Source of the DNA: Flectonema sp. DT1601
Lineage: Eukaryota
Length of the DNA: 64,000 bases
Reading direction: 5' to 3'
NCBI GenBank assembly: GCA_964019425.1
Contig: OZ025791.1
Location: 1,116,001-1,180,000 of the forward strand
Shown piece by piece: positions 49,488-62,418 of this stretch (its first letter is position 1; every line of letters begins with the position of its first letter). Position numbers and translations under genes: made by a program. Under the pieces are notes generated by a model. That model was not told the origin of the DNA. It saw nothing but the letters and a program-made list of their open reading frames with translations, and made no database searches.

Positions 49488-52400
49488 TTATCGCATTGCA
49501 GTGTGTGGTCTTATTCGATCGCAACTCACTGGTTGTGGAGTAATGATTTCAATCGGCGTGTTGGTCAAAAACGGAAACTGTCCGTCTGGAGATGTCATCG
49601 ACGTTGGAATGCCAGGAGCCTGAGGAAGATGGTAAAACCAACCCCACAGCTGCTCAGCTGTTTCTGATATGTTTGGTTGTGCCCACCACTCTGTTGGGAA
49701 TATCTGTCGACCCTTTCGAAGGAGAGCAAGAGATAATCGAAATTGACCAGCTCTAAAAGAAACACTAATCAATTCAATTATTGAACAGTTTGAAATACTA
49801 ACTTGAGGCAGTTTATTATCAGCGGCAGCCTTCTTTACTCCGAGAACTGACCTTCTAAAGTTCTCCTGATCACCAATAGCTAATCGAGCTCGTGACTTTA
49901 TCGATGCTACCTGAAGTCTTCTGACAGCATGACCAGTGCTGTCAACGCCTTTGGATTTGAAAGACGCATTGTCTGGGTCATCCGCAACTGATGAAACAAT
50001 TTTTTGTTGTCTAAGTAAAGTCAGTTTTATTAATTCACAAACAGACTCCAGTCTCTCACTGCAGGTTGCTACGACTGAGTCAGATCCGATTTGCCTGCGA
50101 AACATTAGCTCCTGAGCCTTTGCGAGTTTTCTTTTTATTGTTTCTTCTTGCATGTATAAGTCATCTAACATAGCGCTGTCTTCTGTGGTGGTTGACTTGA
50201 ATGAGGCAACTCTTTGAGTCATAAGAAATAACCATTTATTCCAATACTCGTGATCGTAATCATTTTGTACTAAGAGAGGTGGTGTTGGTAGAGGAACATC
50301 ATTATCCTCAGTTGATACCATTCGATACTGACTATTAGGTCCACATGTCTTAACAACTCTCCTCCCATCCGTTACTGCCAAAGCCTCAATAGGAAGCGTC
50401 AAAGGAATCGGTTTGGCTTGAAGTATGACTTTTTGTTTTGGATGTTTTGGTTTTAATGAATCACAGCTTGCGGGTCTCTTCATAGTAGGTACTGGAATTA
50501 CTGTGTAAGCAGTACGCTTTGGTTGAAGTACCTTATTTGAACTAATTCTATTTGATTGATGATTCTTTAAACGAGTTGAGTAGTTCGGTAATGCCATCGG
50601 AATAGAGTTGGAATTATTCATTTCTAAATCTGTTTCAGAACCATTCTGATTTTGGGTTTCAATCGCAGTAGATGACAACTGTTGATTCTCGTCACTCGTA
50701 CTGTTTGAGGTATTGTCAGGTTCTTCTCTTTTATCTGTCTTGTCTGGATGATATTTCTTTTTTTTCTTTCTCTTATTCCTGTCGGATGATTTCCTTCTAT
50801 TTCCTGTGAATCGGAGAGTTCTCGCAGGTGTTTTTGAAACATTCGGTGATTTCCTTTTAACTCCAGAAGTAGGAGGGGGTTTGATCTCTGATTCGGTCGC
50901 ACGCCCTCGTTGATTGCCAACACCATCATTTAGTATTCCTTTTGATTCAGACTTGTCGCTGTCGTACTCTCGACGATTAGTTTTTAACTCTTCCAGATCA
51001 GGTAGAGAAGCACCCCTTGGAATATTTACTGGTGTTTTATTATCACTTTTTAAATCATCACTACCATCATCGTGTCTACAAGTATAATTTAAATGTTGAT
51101 AGGGTGCTTGTTTGTAGAATCGACTGCCAGCACCACCACCGTCACCTTTTTTCAAAATCTTTTTGTGATGATTCATCGAAGAAGAGGGCTCAGCAGGAGA
51201 TAAATCCACCGCCTGCAACACAACTGATGTTCCTTTGCCGGCTTCCGTCGCGTTCTCCCTTACAAATACTGGTGGTGAAGCCAGGAAAATAGGCCTACTC
51301 CTCCCGACCTTCCTGACCTTACTACGAGTTACCTTCACAGTTGTGTACTGTTTAGAACTTATTAAAGGGGGCGATGGTGGGTCTTCTTTTTTTTCTTCAG
51401 CTAACTGGGAAGTTGTCGGGTTTGTTCGGTGAAATTGTGAATTGACTCTCCGCTGTAATCGCTCAACTTTATAAGATGAAGATTCAATTAAACGACTGTA
51501 CTTCACTTCTAAGGGTTCGTCATCATCATCTTGTCTTTCTTTTGTTAATAAGATCGGATAGACAGTATTTTGTAATTCTTGAAGTTGAATTCTGGTATTG
51601 TAATTTAGCATTGTACTGTACCTAGTGCTGATGTCGAGGAGGACTTCTATTGATTTTCGTGAAGGCTTCTCAGATGGGTCCCTGGTTGGAGGAGGAGCTA
51701 TTGCACTACAGCTGTCAGTTGATGCCTTCTCTGTTTTGTAATTAGTTCCCGTGTTTAATGGTTGTGCATATAACTGAGCAGACTCTAAAATACATCTGAA
51801 CGATTCCTGTTCTGACCGAAGTCTCTCTTGCCGCTGTTGTTGCTGTCGAAGTTCCGCAGCGGCCGTGTCTTCTTTTTTGAACAAGAATTCCATCTCCGGT
51901 ATCATAAAGGCGTCTTCACTTCCTGAACCCGGCAGACCATCTTTGTCATCTGTCGCTAGTAATTTAGAATCGAATTCCTCAGCTGACTGCTGCTGATTAT
52001 CAAGTATCCCAACGGGAGTAGTTTGAGTATTAATAGGCATCGCTGAAGTAACTTCTGACTTGGGGACGTGTAATTGTAATCTAGATATCCCATCAGTGTT
52101 ATCTTCAGAATGTGGTACCGATTTTCTTATCGACGTTTCATTGTTATCGTCGCTATCGTCATCTTCATCGTGAGGAGATTTAGATATTAAAGCATCGGTT
52201 AATGTCCTTTCGTAGTTGGGATATGAAGAATCGATTTCCAAGTTCTTTAGTAACATTTCTTCAGTAGTCAGTTCATCATTAGAGTCTTCCTCTGATTGAT
52301 GTTCTGATTGATGTGCAACTTCAGAACTCAAAACCCCATCTCCTGTGAGGGGATCTGATTGTTCCTTTTCTCTAGCCATCGGTACTTCAACTCTTAGCAT

Positions 52401-55400
52401 GTCTCCGTCAGATAAATTATTTTGATCAAACAATGGAATGACGTTATCGTCAGGAAGTTGATTAAATTCTACTTCGATGATGTCATTCTGAGATTGGTTT
52501 TTATCTGAGCTCGCAGTGCTCACAGATTTGATCGACTCTTTCTGATGATCACTTAAGTCTTCTGAGAGTTCAGCTACCGAATGAGTGACTTCGGCTACTT
52601 CTTCTTGAGACTTATCACCAGGTGACCCTGGTGAGGGTTCACTTAGTCGCTTCTTCTCCAATCGTGAGAGTGCACCTCCAGTAACTGGTCGCCTGCCGCT
52701 TCTTCGAAAACTTCCTTTAGGGCTGTGTAATGTAGTACCTGAGGACTTATTTTTCTTTTTCTTTGAATTAGGAGACGAATCTGAAAGACTATTCTGAGAT
52801 TGGAAAGAGCATTCTCTCATCATCGGAGTTCCCTCATCCTCGAGTTCCTCAACCTGCTCAGTTAGCGAAGATGATAATTTACGTCCTTCAGAACTCTGAT
52901 CAGGCGGAACAGAGAACCGACGCTGTCTCTCAAGTTGAGCGTCTTGCATTTGCTGAAGCTGCCTTCGGAGGGATTCTTGTCTTTCTTGTTCAATCAATTC
53001 ATCGTCTTCGACCCCTCCATCAGATTCCATATCTGGTTCTTCTAATGATTGTTCGCATTGTTGTTGTTGCTGCTGTAAAAGGGCATCTCGCTCTGCAACT
53101 TTTTCCTTCTCGCATTGCATTGATGTTGCTCGAGCTTCTTCTTCAGCTTTTTCGCGGATTGCTTCCAATCTTTTTAATTCTTGTTTAGCTTCCCTGTCGA
53201 GGATTCTATCGAGTTCTTCATCAATACCGAGAGAGTCACAGCTGAGGTTTCGAACGAAGTCTGATGATGATGGCTGATTTGGTAATTCAGAATGTGAGAT
53301 GTCAATCGACGACTCAGCCACGGATTGTCTTCTCTGTTGGTCTCTTTCTTGGATTACTTCTGAAAGAATAGTTTCAGGAGACATTAAGTGATCAATCGCT
53401 TCATCGTCTAAAAGGTAATCATGTTCAACATCACTCGTTACAGAGTCTTCTTGTAATGAATTACTTGGTGAAAGGTTTAATGATTTTTTATTAACCCTCC
53501 GCAGCTCCTCAAGCTTAGCATTGGAGACTTCAGGGTGTAATTCTACTCCGCAGAGGTTGGTTTCTAAGATCGATGTGGAGACTTCAGCTACTTTTGATTT
53601 TCGACGGTTTCTCCCGACAGGTTTTCGAACAAGCGCCGGGTTGAAACCAACTAAATTAAGTATACTGTAGGGTTGACATCTTATTGATTTTGTTAGCAAT
53701 TTTTTTTCCCATTTTTTTGAAATTGCTTGGAATTTTGATTGCAATTCAAATTTCGGTTCAAAAGCAGTTTTATATTGTAATTTTGAGATATTCGCAATAC
53801 GACGATTCCGAGTCTCGACAGGTATGTTATCAACCACTATCGGTAATCGGTGTATTTGATATTCAGCTAGTTCGATTACTTTCGCTACTTTTATTTTACT
53901 CTGTTTGAACATCAGTACATTCTTTCTACCAATATCACCAATCAAATCTTGGAGGTGTTTAAATATAAGGTATCGTAGGATGGGGTAGTTAAATGATCTT
54001 TTTACTTTTTTTACGACTTGTTCGTTGCAAGTTTCTAACTCTTGAGGGTCCTCGTTGTTGTTTTTTTTTAAATCCTTCAGAGCTTCCTGACCAGGTTTTG
54101 CTGTTTTAACAATCGGAACTTTTGGAGAACAATAAAACAATCTCTGAGTTAAGAAAGGAATATCACTGGGACCTAAACCGTCTACTGTAAAGGCTGGGTT
54201 TTGTAAGTGAATTCTAATAGCAGTCCTCTGAGCTAAGAATCTATAAACGATTCTATTCTCCCTCCGCTGACGACCCAGAACTTCAATAAAAAGAGATCTT
54301 CGATGTTCTTCTAAAAATTGAAGACAGTTCGGAACATCAACATTATGAGTGTTCGAATCATAAAAAGGAGGTCCTAAACTAGCGAGTAGAACTTTAGCTT
54401 TTTCAAGACGAAAGTTTCGGTGATCCGCGAGCAGTGAGCGGCTTGGCTTTAATGCATCAGATGTTTCATAGCTAGGATCCTTCTTAGGAAATGATGAATT
54501 CACGACTGCGTTCTCCCTCTCAAACGGATCATCAAAATCAGCTGCCGCCGTGGGATCCGCAGCCAGACTGCGTTTTCGATCATCAGCTGCAGCATTTCTC
54601 TTTTCAGACTCTTCTCTGACTGAGTACGGAATTAGAAGTGGGTCTTGTAAACCTCCTTTCTGTTGTCCTACTGGAACACAATAATAATTACCTGCCGTAT
54701 CTGTTCCCAACATTGAGGGTGAGAGGGATCCATTTGCTTTTAGAAGTAGCAGTCGACACACTTTATTAAATAATTGACAATCACCATTAGCTGATTCCTT
54801 CCATAGTTCCCACTGATGACGTGTCAGGTGTTGTGATCTCGTGTACTTCGCATAGTTTGGATCTGACACTTCAGAGTGAAGAGCAGAGGAGATGGTTGCT
54901 GTCTGCGCAGTGCGAGTGACAAAGAACGTGTTGTCCTTATTGGACTTTGCGACTGTTGGTTGATACTCTGTTGTTTGCTCACTAGCGTGTAGTAGTCTTT
55001 GAGAGAGGGATGAAAGAGATACAATTCTCGATTGTTCAGCACAATTCTTTCTAAAGTCTAAATATTCCTCCTTCAGCTTAACCGTATCAATCATCGGTAC
55101 GAGGACTGGTACCGTACATCCTCGTAATCTAGCGACCCGTTTTACGTCGTTCGCGATGACTACGTGATGCCAACACCGTAGAACTGTTTTCGCCAACTGC
55201 GTCATCCGAAGAGAATAGTGTTTTGATACGAATAATCTGAAGAACTTTCTTCCTCGGATATAAGCTTTCCACCTCCTCCATTTGGTAGAAGTACATAATA
55301 AGATGTCATCTTTTATTAATATTGAGAGTGCTAATAATGCTAATGGTCGATGATGAACTAATCTAAACAAAGCTGCCGTAGTCGTCACATTTAATAAATC

Positions 55401-56920
55401 AAATCTCCGTTTCCAAATTGTGAGAAACCTGAACTGCGTTATCTTCTTCGCACACTCCAGAAGACGACTTTGTTCGTGTCGTTCGTTGATATATGTGACC
55501 CACCTACTGATGTAGAATGATAACGTTGCTTTCTCTAAAGCTTGAAGTTGTAATTTATTCATCGATAACATCATCCAAGAAGTAAATGACTTCCTCTGTA
55601 AAGTATAACAATTATGAGCCTCTGCCAGTAAATTTCGCTCTCGTTTTGCTCTTCTTCGATGGGTGTAGTTGACCCACTCAAGTAAACAAGATAAAACCTT
55701 ATCTCCAAAATTCAAAGTGTGAACTCGTTCCCGAAGTCTTTTTTTGTAGGCGTCTTTCTCAACCCAAACATCCCACAGAGGGAATTCCATGGAAAAAGTT
55801 TTTCGACGAAAACCAGTTTCAACATTAACCTGCGTCTGTATGTACATCGTGTAACGATACCACATTATTATAATGTTTTGGATGGTTTGCTGTTTTCTGC
55901 ATTTTTGTAATTTGTCAAGTGCGAATTGTCTTTTCAGAGAAACAATATTTGAGAATCCCAACATCCCTGCGAAACCCATTTTCCGTAACCACATTTTGTA
56001 GTGGCGGATTGCTGTTCGCAGAGGGATCCAGGCTGCGAATATTTTCTTCTTCAAACGGTAGTTTCGTTCTTTAACTACACCTTTAATACGTAAATATCTT
56101 TTTCTATCTCTCAACATTCTCCACAATGATTGTAATTGGATGATTCCGAGAGCAGCTTTTCTCTTGGATCCCGAAAGTCTTGGAGTCTGTCCACGAGAAG
56201 TATTATTATTATTATTAGAATCATCCCTAAGTGAGGTGTGAGTTGACGACTCTGCTGGTGATGCTGAAATGATGTCAAGTGATTCAGTTTCAACTTTAGA
56301 TGTACCCATCGTTAATAATTGGACCCATTCACTTCCTCTTTTCGTCGACTCTGCAATACTGCGATCAAGAATTGGTGGTTCTTGTTCTAAAATCGTTAGT
56401 AGCTGCTTCTCCCCTCTCACGTCGATCTCACGGAGTTTTTGCCTCGCTTTCTCAACTAATTTATCGTAGTGGGTGAATCTGATATAGTTTTTTTTTTTTT
56501 TTTTTTCCCTTCAAATTCACAAAAAAAAAAAAAAAGGAAGTAAGTCAACCATTTCGAAATCATAAAAACACCAAACCTAAAATACGCATTATCAGCGATG
56601 CCTTGTAGAGCTTTGATCTTCCAACTTGCATCGTCGTTATTGGAAAGGGTTTCGAAAAGGTGAAGTGAATGAATTCTAATATTGTCGTGAGCCTCTTCGA
56701 GTGCAGCTAGTGATTCGAATCGCAGCTTGCTGCAAAGTTCTATTAGCTGAAGGCAAAGACAATCCTTTTCGTTATCTCCGACACCAACAGCTCCTTGTCG
56801 TAATATTGAGAGCGTTTCTACAAAAGAATCCCCACGTGGGATGCTCTGTAGTTCCAACAGCTCTTCCTCAAAGTTGTACTTTATTTCATCAAATACCAAC
56901 ACCTCAGCTGATGAGGTCAT
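49488..56920 (-). CDS. Giant IQ-motif / Sfi1-like repeat coiled-coil protein, 2444 aa; exons 56920-56577 and 56478-49488
   Basis: IIQLQSLWRMLRDRKRY (IQ motif) and recurrent Lxxx(F)xxW helices (LKKKIFAAW, LQRKSFTSW, LAKTVLRCW). A 98-nt intron joins the 56456-56944 ORF in frame to the 2310-aa ORF. Confidence 0.75.
56479..56576 (-). other. GT-AG intron, 98 nt
   Basis: GTTTGG...U15...A19-CTATATCAG. AG|A gives Arg and continues in the long ORF frame. Confidence 0.8.
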
Positions 56921-57197
56921 TTCTGTGGTGAAAATAATAAACATAAAATAAAAAAACTAAACACAAACACCAATTTTTTTATTTTTTTGTATAACAGAAC
57001 TACTCACAAAAGGCATCAATACAACAAACTAATTTTTTTTTTTTTTTTTTTTTCCCCAAAAAAAAGAGGCTAAAATATAAAGGGGGAAACTTTCTATGAG
57101 GGATACAATACAGCTTGCACGGTAGTCTGCTGTGAATGCAGATTAATTGTAAAAAACAGTTTAAGGGAACAATAGAACTTCTCTAACAACAGGAATG

Positions 57198-60100
57198 TTA
57201 ATACCTCGGAAGTCTCGGAGGTGATATTCTGGACAGCTGAAGCTCTTTGTTAGCAAGAGCCTCAGTTTGTTGTTTTATAACCGCTTGTAACTGTGCGATC
57301 ATTGACTTTAAGTTTGCATTATCACTTTGTACGGCAGAGAGCTCGTCTTCAGATGTTCTAATATCACTTGCATTGCCTTCGTAAATCTCTAATTTTTCGA
57401 GAGTCACACGAAGAGTCTCTCCAAGTGTCTGAATAGCATTATCACCCACTTCCTTTACTACAGAAACAGTTTTCTTGGTGTCAGTTATTTCAATTTCTAG
57501 TTCCGAAATCATACTTTGCTGAGAAGCACATATCTGAGTCAAATCGGATAGTTCGTTCCGAAGACGTTCAACTTCAACAGCAGCAGCCTGTTTTGATTAG
57601 TTTCGTACAAATAAAAATAATGAGCTCAGACAACGACGCAGAAGATGCCGCACAGGAGTTCTACGACACCGAAAGGATGTTTAGCGTAGCAGCAGTTAAA
57701 GACTTGCAGTCGAAGGAATAGTCAGTTAGGAGAAACGTTCTGTCATTGAAGGCTCACTGGAAAGCAGCAAATACAACAACAAGGATAGCTAGTAATTGCT
57801 GAGAAGGAAATACACGCGAGAGGGGTCCACAATTCTCACATCGCCAGTAGCCACAAGTATCATAAATAGACTAATCATGGATATGCAGCAAATGCTGAAG
57901 AGACAGAAGTGGGTACAAAGAGAAAGTCTTCCTTCCAGTACATACCTCGCGGTAAATTAACTATTACTGGAGGGGCAAGGGGAAGGTGTTGAGGTGAAGC
58001 CTCCGACAGGTTTCAACAGAGTTGTCCAACAGAATACCTCAATAGGTACTCTACTCTGAGATATATTAGGTAATAGATTTCATAAGAATACTTTAAAGAG
58101 AACTATTATCTAATTATGAGGAAAAGGTGACCTGACTGAAGTGATGCAGTCTAATGAATGAGGTGGTTGCAATCAAAACATACGTCGACGATATTCTTCT
58201 TCACAAACTCGTGCCTTTCCTGTTCCTGCTGCCGCTCACGTTCCTGAGCAGCTTCTTTGTGTCGGAGGAGTCGGAGTTGGTTTTTGGCTTTTGCTTGTAG
58301 TTTGCTGTATTATGTTTTGATTATGCGCTGCAAGGATGGATATCTCCATAGAGATAATATCAGGTGTTGTGATTACGGATGTTTAAAATGGTTGAATATC
58401 TTAAAAAGATAAACATACGAATGGTCCTCACGAAGGTCATTTAGTTTTGATTCTTCTTCTGATGCTCGCTGGACAAGTTCTTGTTGACGAACTAGTTCTC
58501 GTTCTAGTCTTCCCTGTTCTCTTGAACTTCCTTCAATATCAGATTCCCATCGTTGTTGTTCTCGTTGAAGTTGATCTCTTTGTTGAGTTCTTCGGTAGAG
58601 TTGTACTCGTAGTTCATTCAAATCCTTCTTCGCTGCCTCCAATTTTTCTTCTGCTGAGTCCCTGCCTCCCTTCTCATCTCGAAGTTGTTCTTTTGTTAAT
58701 AGTAAGTTATCCGACAATAGTTCCTTCTCACTACTCAACTCATCAAACTGAGTCTGCAATTCTTTAAATCTCTTCTGAAGGGTGACGAGTACTGAAGGTC
58801 GTTCAAGAGGGGAACTCTGAGTGCTAGTTTTGAAAGGAGGAGGAGAGTCAACTGACTGTTGAAGTTCAGGTGATTTCTCTTTATGTTGACGAAGAGGACT
58901 TCGAGTAGGTGATCGACTGGTAGTAGTTTGAGGTATCAGATGACTTTCTCTACTTGGTGAACGTGAATAACTTTCATTAGCTCCCACAAATGAAACATCT
59001 TTACTCGTTGGAGACAATGACCGCTCCAACGGAGTAGGAAGCGCCTCCGCAACACATATCTCTGAAGCATTCGTTGATGTTGAAGAAGACGACGTTCTTC
59101 TATTCTTTTGAACAAAATACTCATTCTCCTGTCTAAGTAATACAGGACTATTTGTTATATGAGATGCGATATTCGGAGGTAAAGGTGAAGTCAGTCTTCC
59201 TCTCACACCCCCAACTGATACGCTCCTTTTTGGATTTAGTTCTAATGGTTCCCTAGCAGGACTCACTTGTTGTTTCTTATTTAAATTATCCATAAATGAC
59301 ACCATCGTTTCTTTTAGAGATGCTGTCTCACGTTGTTGTTCTAACATTGAACTTTTGAGAAAATTATTTTCTTCTGTAAGTCGGAGGACTTCTGGGTTAG
59401 GAACATCACTCTTTGTTAGTTGGTGTCTGACGTTATTATATTCTTCGTAAACATCAATTGTCGGAACAGATGTCGACGTAGCTGACCTAGTAATGTCAGC
59501 TTCAAAAGGAACTGGTGGAGATGTTGCTGTGTTGGGATAGAGTTCAAGTATGTCTCCAATTAATACTTTTCTAAGGTCAGTAAACATAACCAAGCCGCTG
59601 TTATTCTCACAATCTAATGCAGCGAGAAACGGTGCAGTCAGATGATCAAGTCCAGCATCAGCTAAGAAAGTTGCCAACGCATTCAAATTTAAGTACCCAC
59701 CCTGACCCCCGCCAAGCTGCTTAGAGCGCAGACTGCTAAAAGCATCCTCCAGAGATCCGAACTGTGATAAGAATGCCTTCAGAATGATACTCCAGCCTCC
59801 AGTCTGTTGAGGTTGAGTAATATGATGGTGTTGTTGTTGTTGTTGATGTTGAATGACATCAACAAGTTCTCCAGAGTGAAGTGCTTGTTGTTGAAAGTGT
59901 TGAAGACGATGTTCTGATTTGTTTAATTGTTCCACCAAATCATCCTCCTGAAGTGACTGCTGTTCATTACGATGAGGCTGATGGAGATATTGGTGTTGAT
60001 GTTGATGGTGGTGGTGCTGGTGGTGGTGTTGATGCTGATGCTGATGGTGGTGTTGGTGATGGTGGTGCATTACTTCCGCTGCTGTTGGTATTTCGTAAAT

Positions 60101-62074
60101 TTTTCCTCCCGCGGAGGACATTCTATTTGGAGATACGGATCTCTGAGAGATGTCGATCTCCTTTTGTTGAATACCTTGCGAGTCTTTGCCAACCTCACTA
60201 TCACTACCACCACCAACAACAACATTCTCATTATTTAACAAATGATGACTACCAATACCAACACCAGAAGTACTTGACTGTTGGCTGGTGATGTTATCAA
60301 CTGACGGATTGGTTTCATAAATACCAGACTGCGATTGAACAACAGAAGGAGTTTGTTCAGAACTAACTGTTGGGTCAGCGTGAGTACTGACTGTAGCAGC
60401 GTCAGTTAGAGTCGGTTGTATTTCAAACTGGGACACCTCGGTACCAGAACCCGACATATCAACAGGCACACCCATACCAGTCGGTAGTTGTGGTTGTGGT
60501 TGACTCTTACTTTTAACAAGTGTTTTCACCTCTTCAAGAGCCTCTCTGATCTTATGAAGTTCGTGACTCTGTCTTCTACTTCGATCACCTTCAGAGTTAT
60601 CACCAGTTCTGTGAAGATGTTGAAGAGTGCCGACAATCATTTGCATTTTATTGCCGAGCGACTGCTGTCTTTTTACAACATTCTCAAGCTCCTCTACTTT
60701 GTGCTTTTGAATATTTGTAAACTGCGACAACCTCGCATTCCATTCATGTTTTAGATTTTGTAACACTTGCTGTGTCTCACTCAACTTATTTTCTAAACTC
60801 ATAGTCGCGTAGTTATCAGTTCCTGAAGTAGTCGGTTGAGAGCCTGTTGTCTGACCTTGTCCACTATTAAGTTCTTGTTTTAGAAGATCAACTTCTTCCA
60901 TCAAAAGTCTAATTCTCTTTTTCGAAGGATCTTCATTGATAATTGGTTTTGTGGTCAGACACTTCGCACGCTCTGCAAACCGAAGCGTTGAGAGTGAGAG
61001 CTCATAATTTGAGAACGTCGGAGGAAGTGTACAGAGCATTACAGTCTTTGAATTACCTCCAAGGGATTCTTTAAGTAACCAAGTCAGTGATGAGTCTCTG
61101 TACGGAATGTGTCTTCTACTTGGTGAAGAGTAGTCGGTTTGTTGAGAACCGCTGTCGGTTTCTGCCAAGGCGTTCACAACCTTTCCGAGTGTTGTAAGAG
61201 ATTGATTAATCTGAACGCTATCTTTGGAAGTATTTTCCGCAGTGTTCGCTCGTTCAGAACCAGCCAAGTCAACCAAAGTTATCCGCGACTCCCTCTCTGT
61301 AGTAGTGTCTTGAATTGCTTCTACTTGAGTAAAAGTGATAACATATAAACCATGACTACGAGATGATCTGTCATTATTTCTCGTTGACGCAATGGTTCGA
61401 GTCTTTGCACTTCTCTTTAAAAGTTTTAAGATATCATCCGGCCCTCTGACAACACACTTTGTTGCTCCATCAACATAAGGACCTGTGACTGGATGCTCTC
61501 GAATCCTCGGCTCTTTACTTTTTTGAAGTAAGCAGCGAACCTTTTCATTATATATTTCAATGTGGGAGACCTCAGCTTGGAAGTCCCATTTTGAAGTCCG
61601 ATTTCCCTCACTTGATGATGCTGCTGCTTGTGATGCGGCTTTTAATTTGTAAGCCTCCTTAAAGAGTTCACGAGAGAGGTTCAAGATTAAACCGTCAGTT
61701 TTGTTTGAAATTTGTGCTGTTGAATTATTGCAGTCACCTTCCATGGTGTATGTCTTACCCGATCCAGTCTGACCGTAGGCGAATATGCAAGTGTGGTATC
61801 CAGCTAGTGCGTGTTGAACTGCTGGTGTTCCAACTCTTTTAAAGATATCAAGTTGACTGCAGCGTTCGTTAAAAACAGAATCAAATTCCCAAACCTGACC
61901 AGTCCCTGGTAATGTTGTACTTCCCATAGTAATGTCTTTCTTTATTAATTCAACACACTTTCCTCTTGAAGTCTGAACGCATATCTCATCTTCTTCCTGA
62001 TCTTCTCTCGGTAACAACGGTCTGACTCGAACAACTACTTCAACCCGACTGCTGGTGAGAGGCTGAGAACTCAT
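57198..62074 (-). CDS. N-terminal-motor kinesin (kinesin-3-like), 1388 aa; exons 62074-58419, 58304-58184, 57587-57198
   Basis: FAYGQTGSGKTYT, SSRSH, LVDLAGSER, IREHPVTGPYV and HIPYRDSSLTWLLKESLGGNSKT. The coiled-coil tail continues in frame across two introns. Confidence 0.92.
57588..58183 (-). other. GT-AG intron, 596 nt
   Basis: GTATGT...AACTAATCAAAACAG. Phase 0; joins to the 57198-57542 ORF frame. Confidence 0.75.
58305..58418 (-). other. GT-AG intron, 114 nt
   Basis: GTATGT...AAAACATAATACAG. The next exon reads as open coiled coil (KLQAKAKNQLRLL...). Confidence 0.8.
59990..60070 (-). repeat. Coding His/Gln tract
   Basis: CAY/CAR codon run encoding HHHHQHHHQHQHQHHHQHHHHQHQHQ within the kinesin. 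Confidence 0.85.
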
Positions 62075-62418
62075 TTTTTTTTCTTTTTCTATTCCGTTGT
62101 CGTGGATGGGGTTGGCCCCCCACTACGGTCCCACCCCGCAGCTGTAAAATATAAGTCACGATAAACAAAATCACAAAATACGAAGTCATCTATTGCTGCC
62201 CCTGCTCACAACCTGATCAGAATAATATAACATTTATAGACAACGAGATTTCGACCGAGTTGACTAAATCAGTGAAGTCAAACAACACTTTACTAAAACA
62301 CTATAACAGAATGCGATGCGGTAACACTACGAAACGCTAATACGATTAATGTGTTGGAAAAGCAGCACAAGTCTGATCTCACAAAACTATATTTTATAAC
62401 CAGAAAGAAGTTATCAGT

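Noticed and set aside
56479..56549. Alternative donor TG|GTTGAC for the Sfi1-like gene intron
   Set aside because: It would create TG|A, a stop codon, and it breaks the GT(A/G/T)TG consensus.
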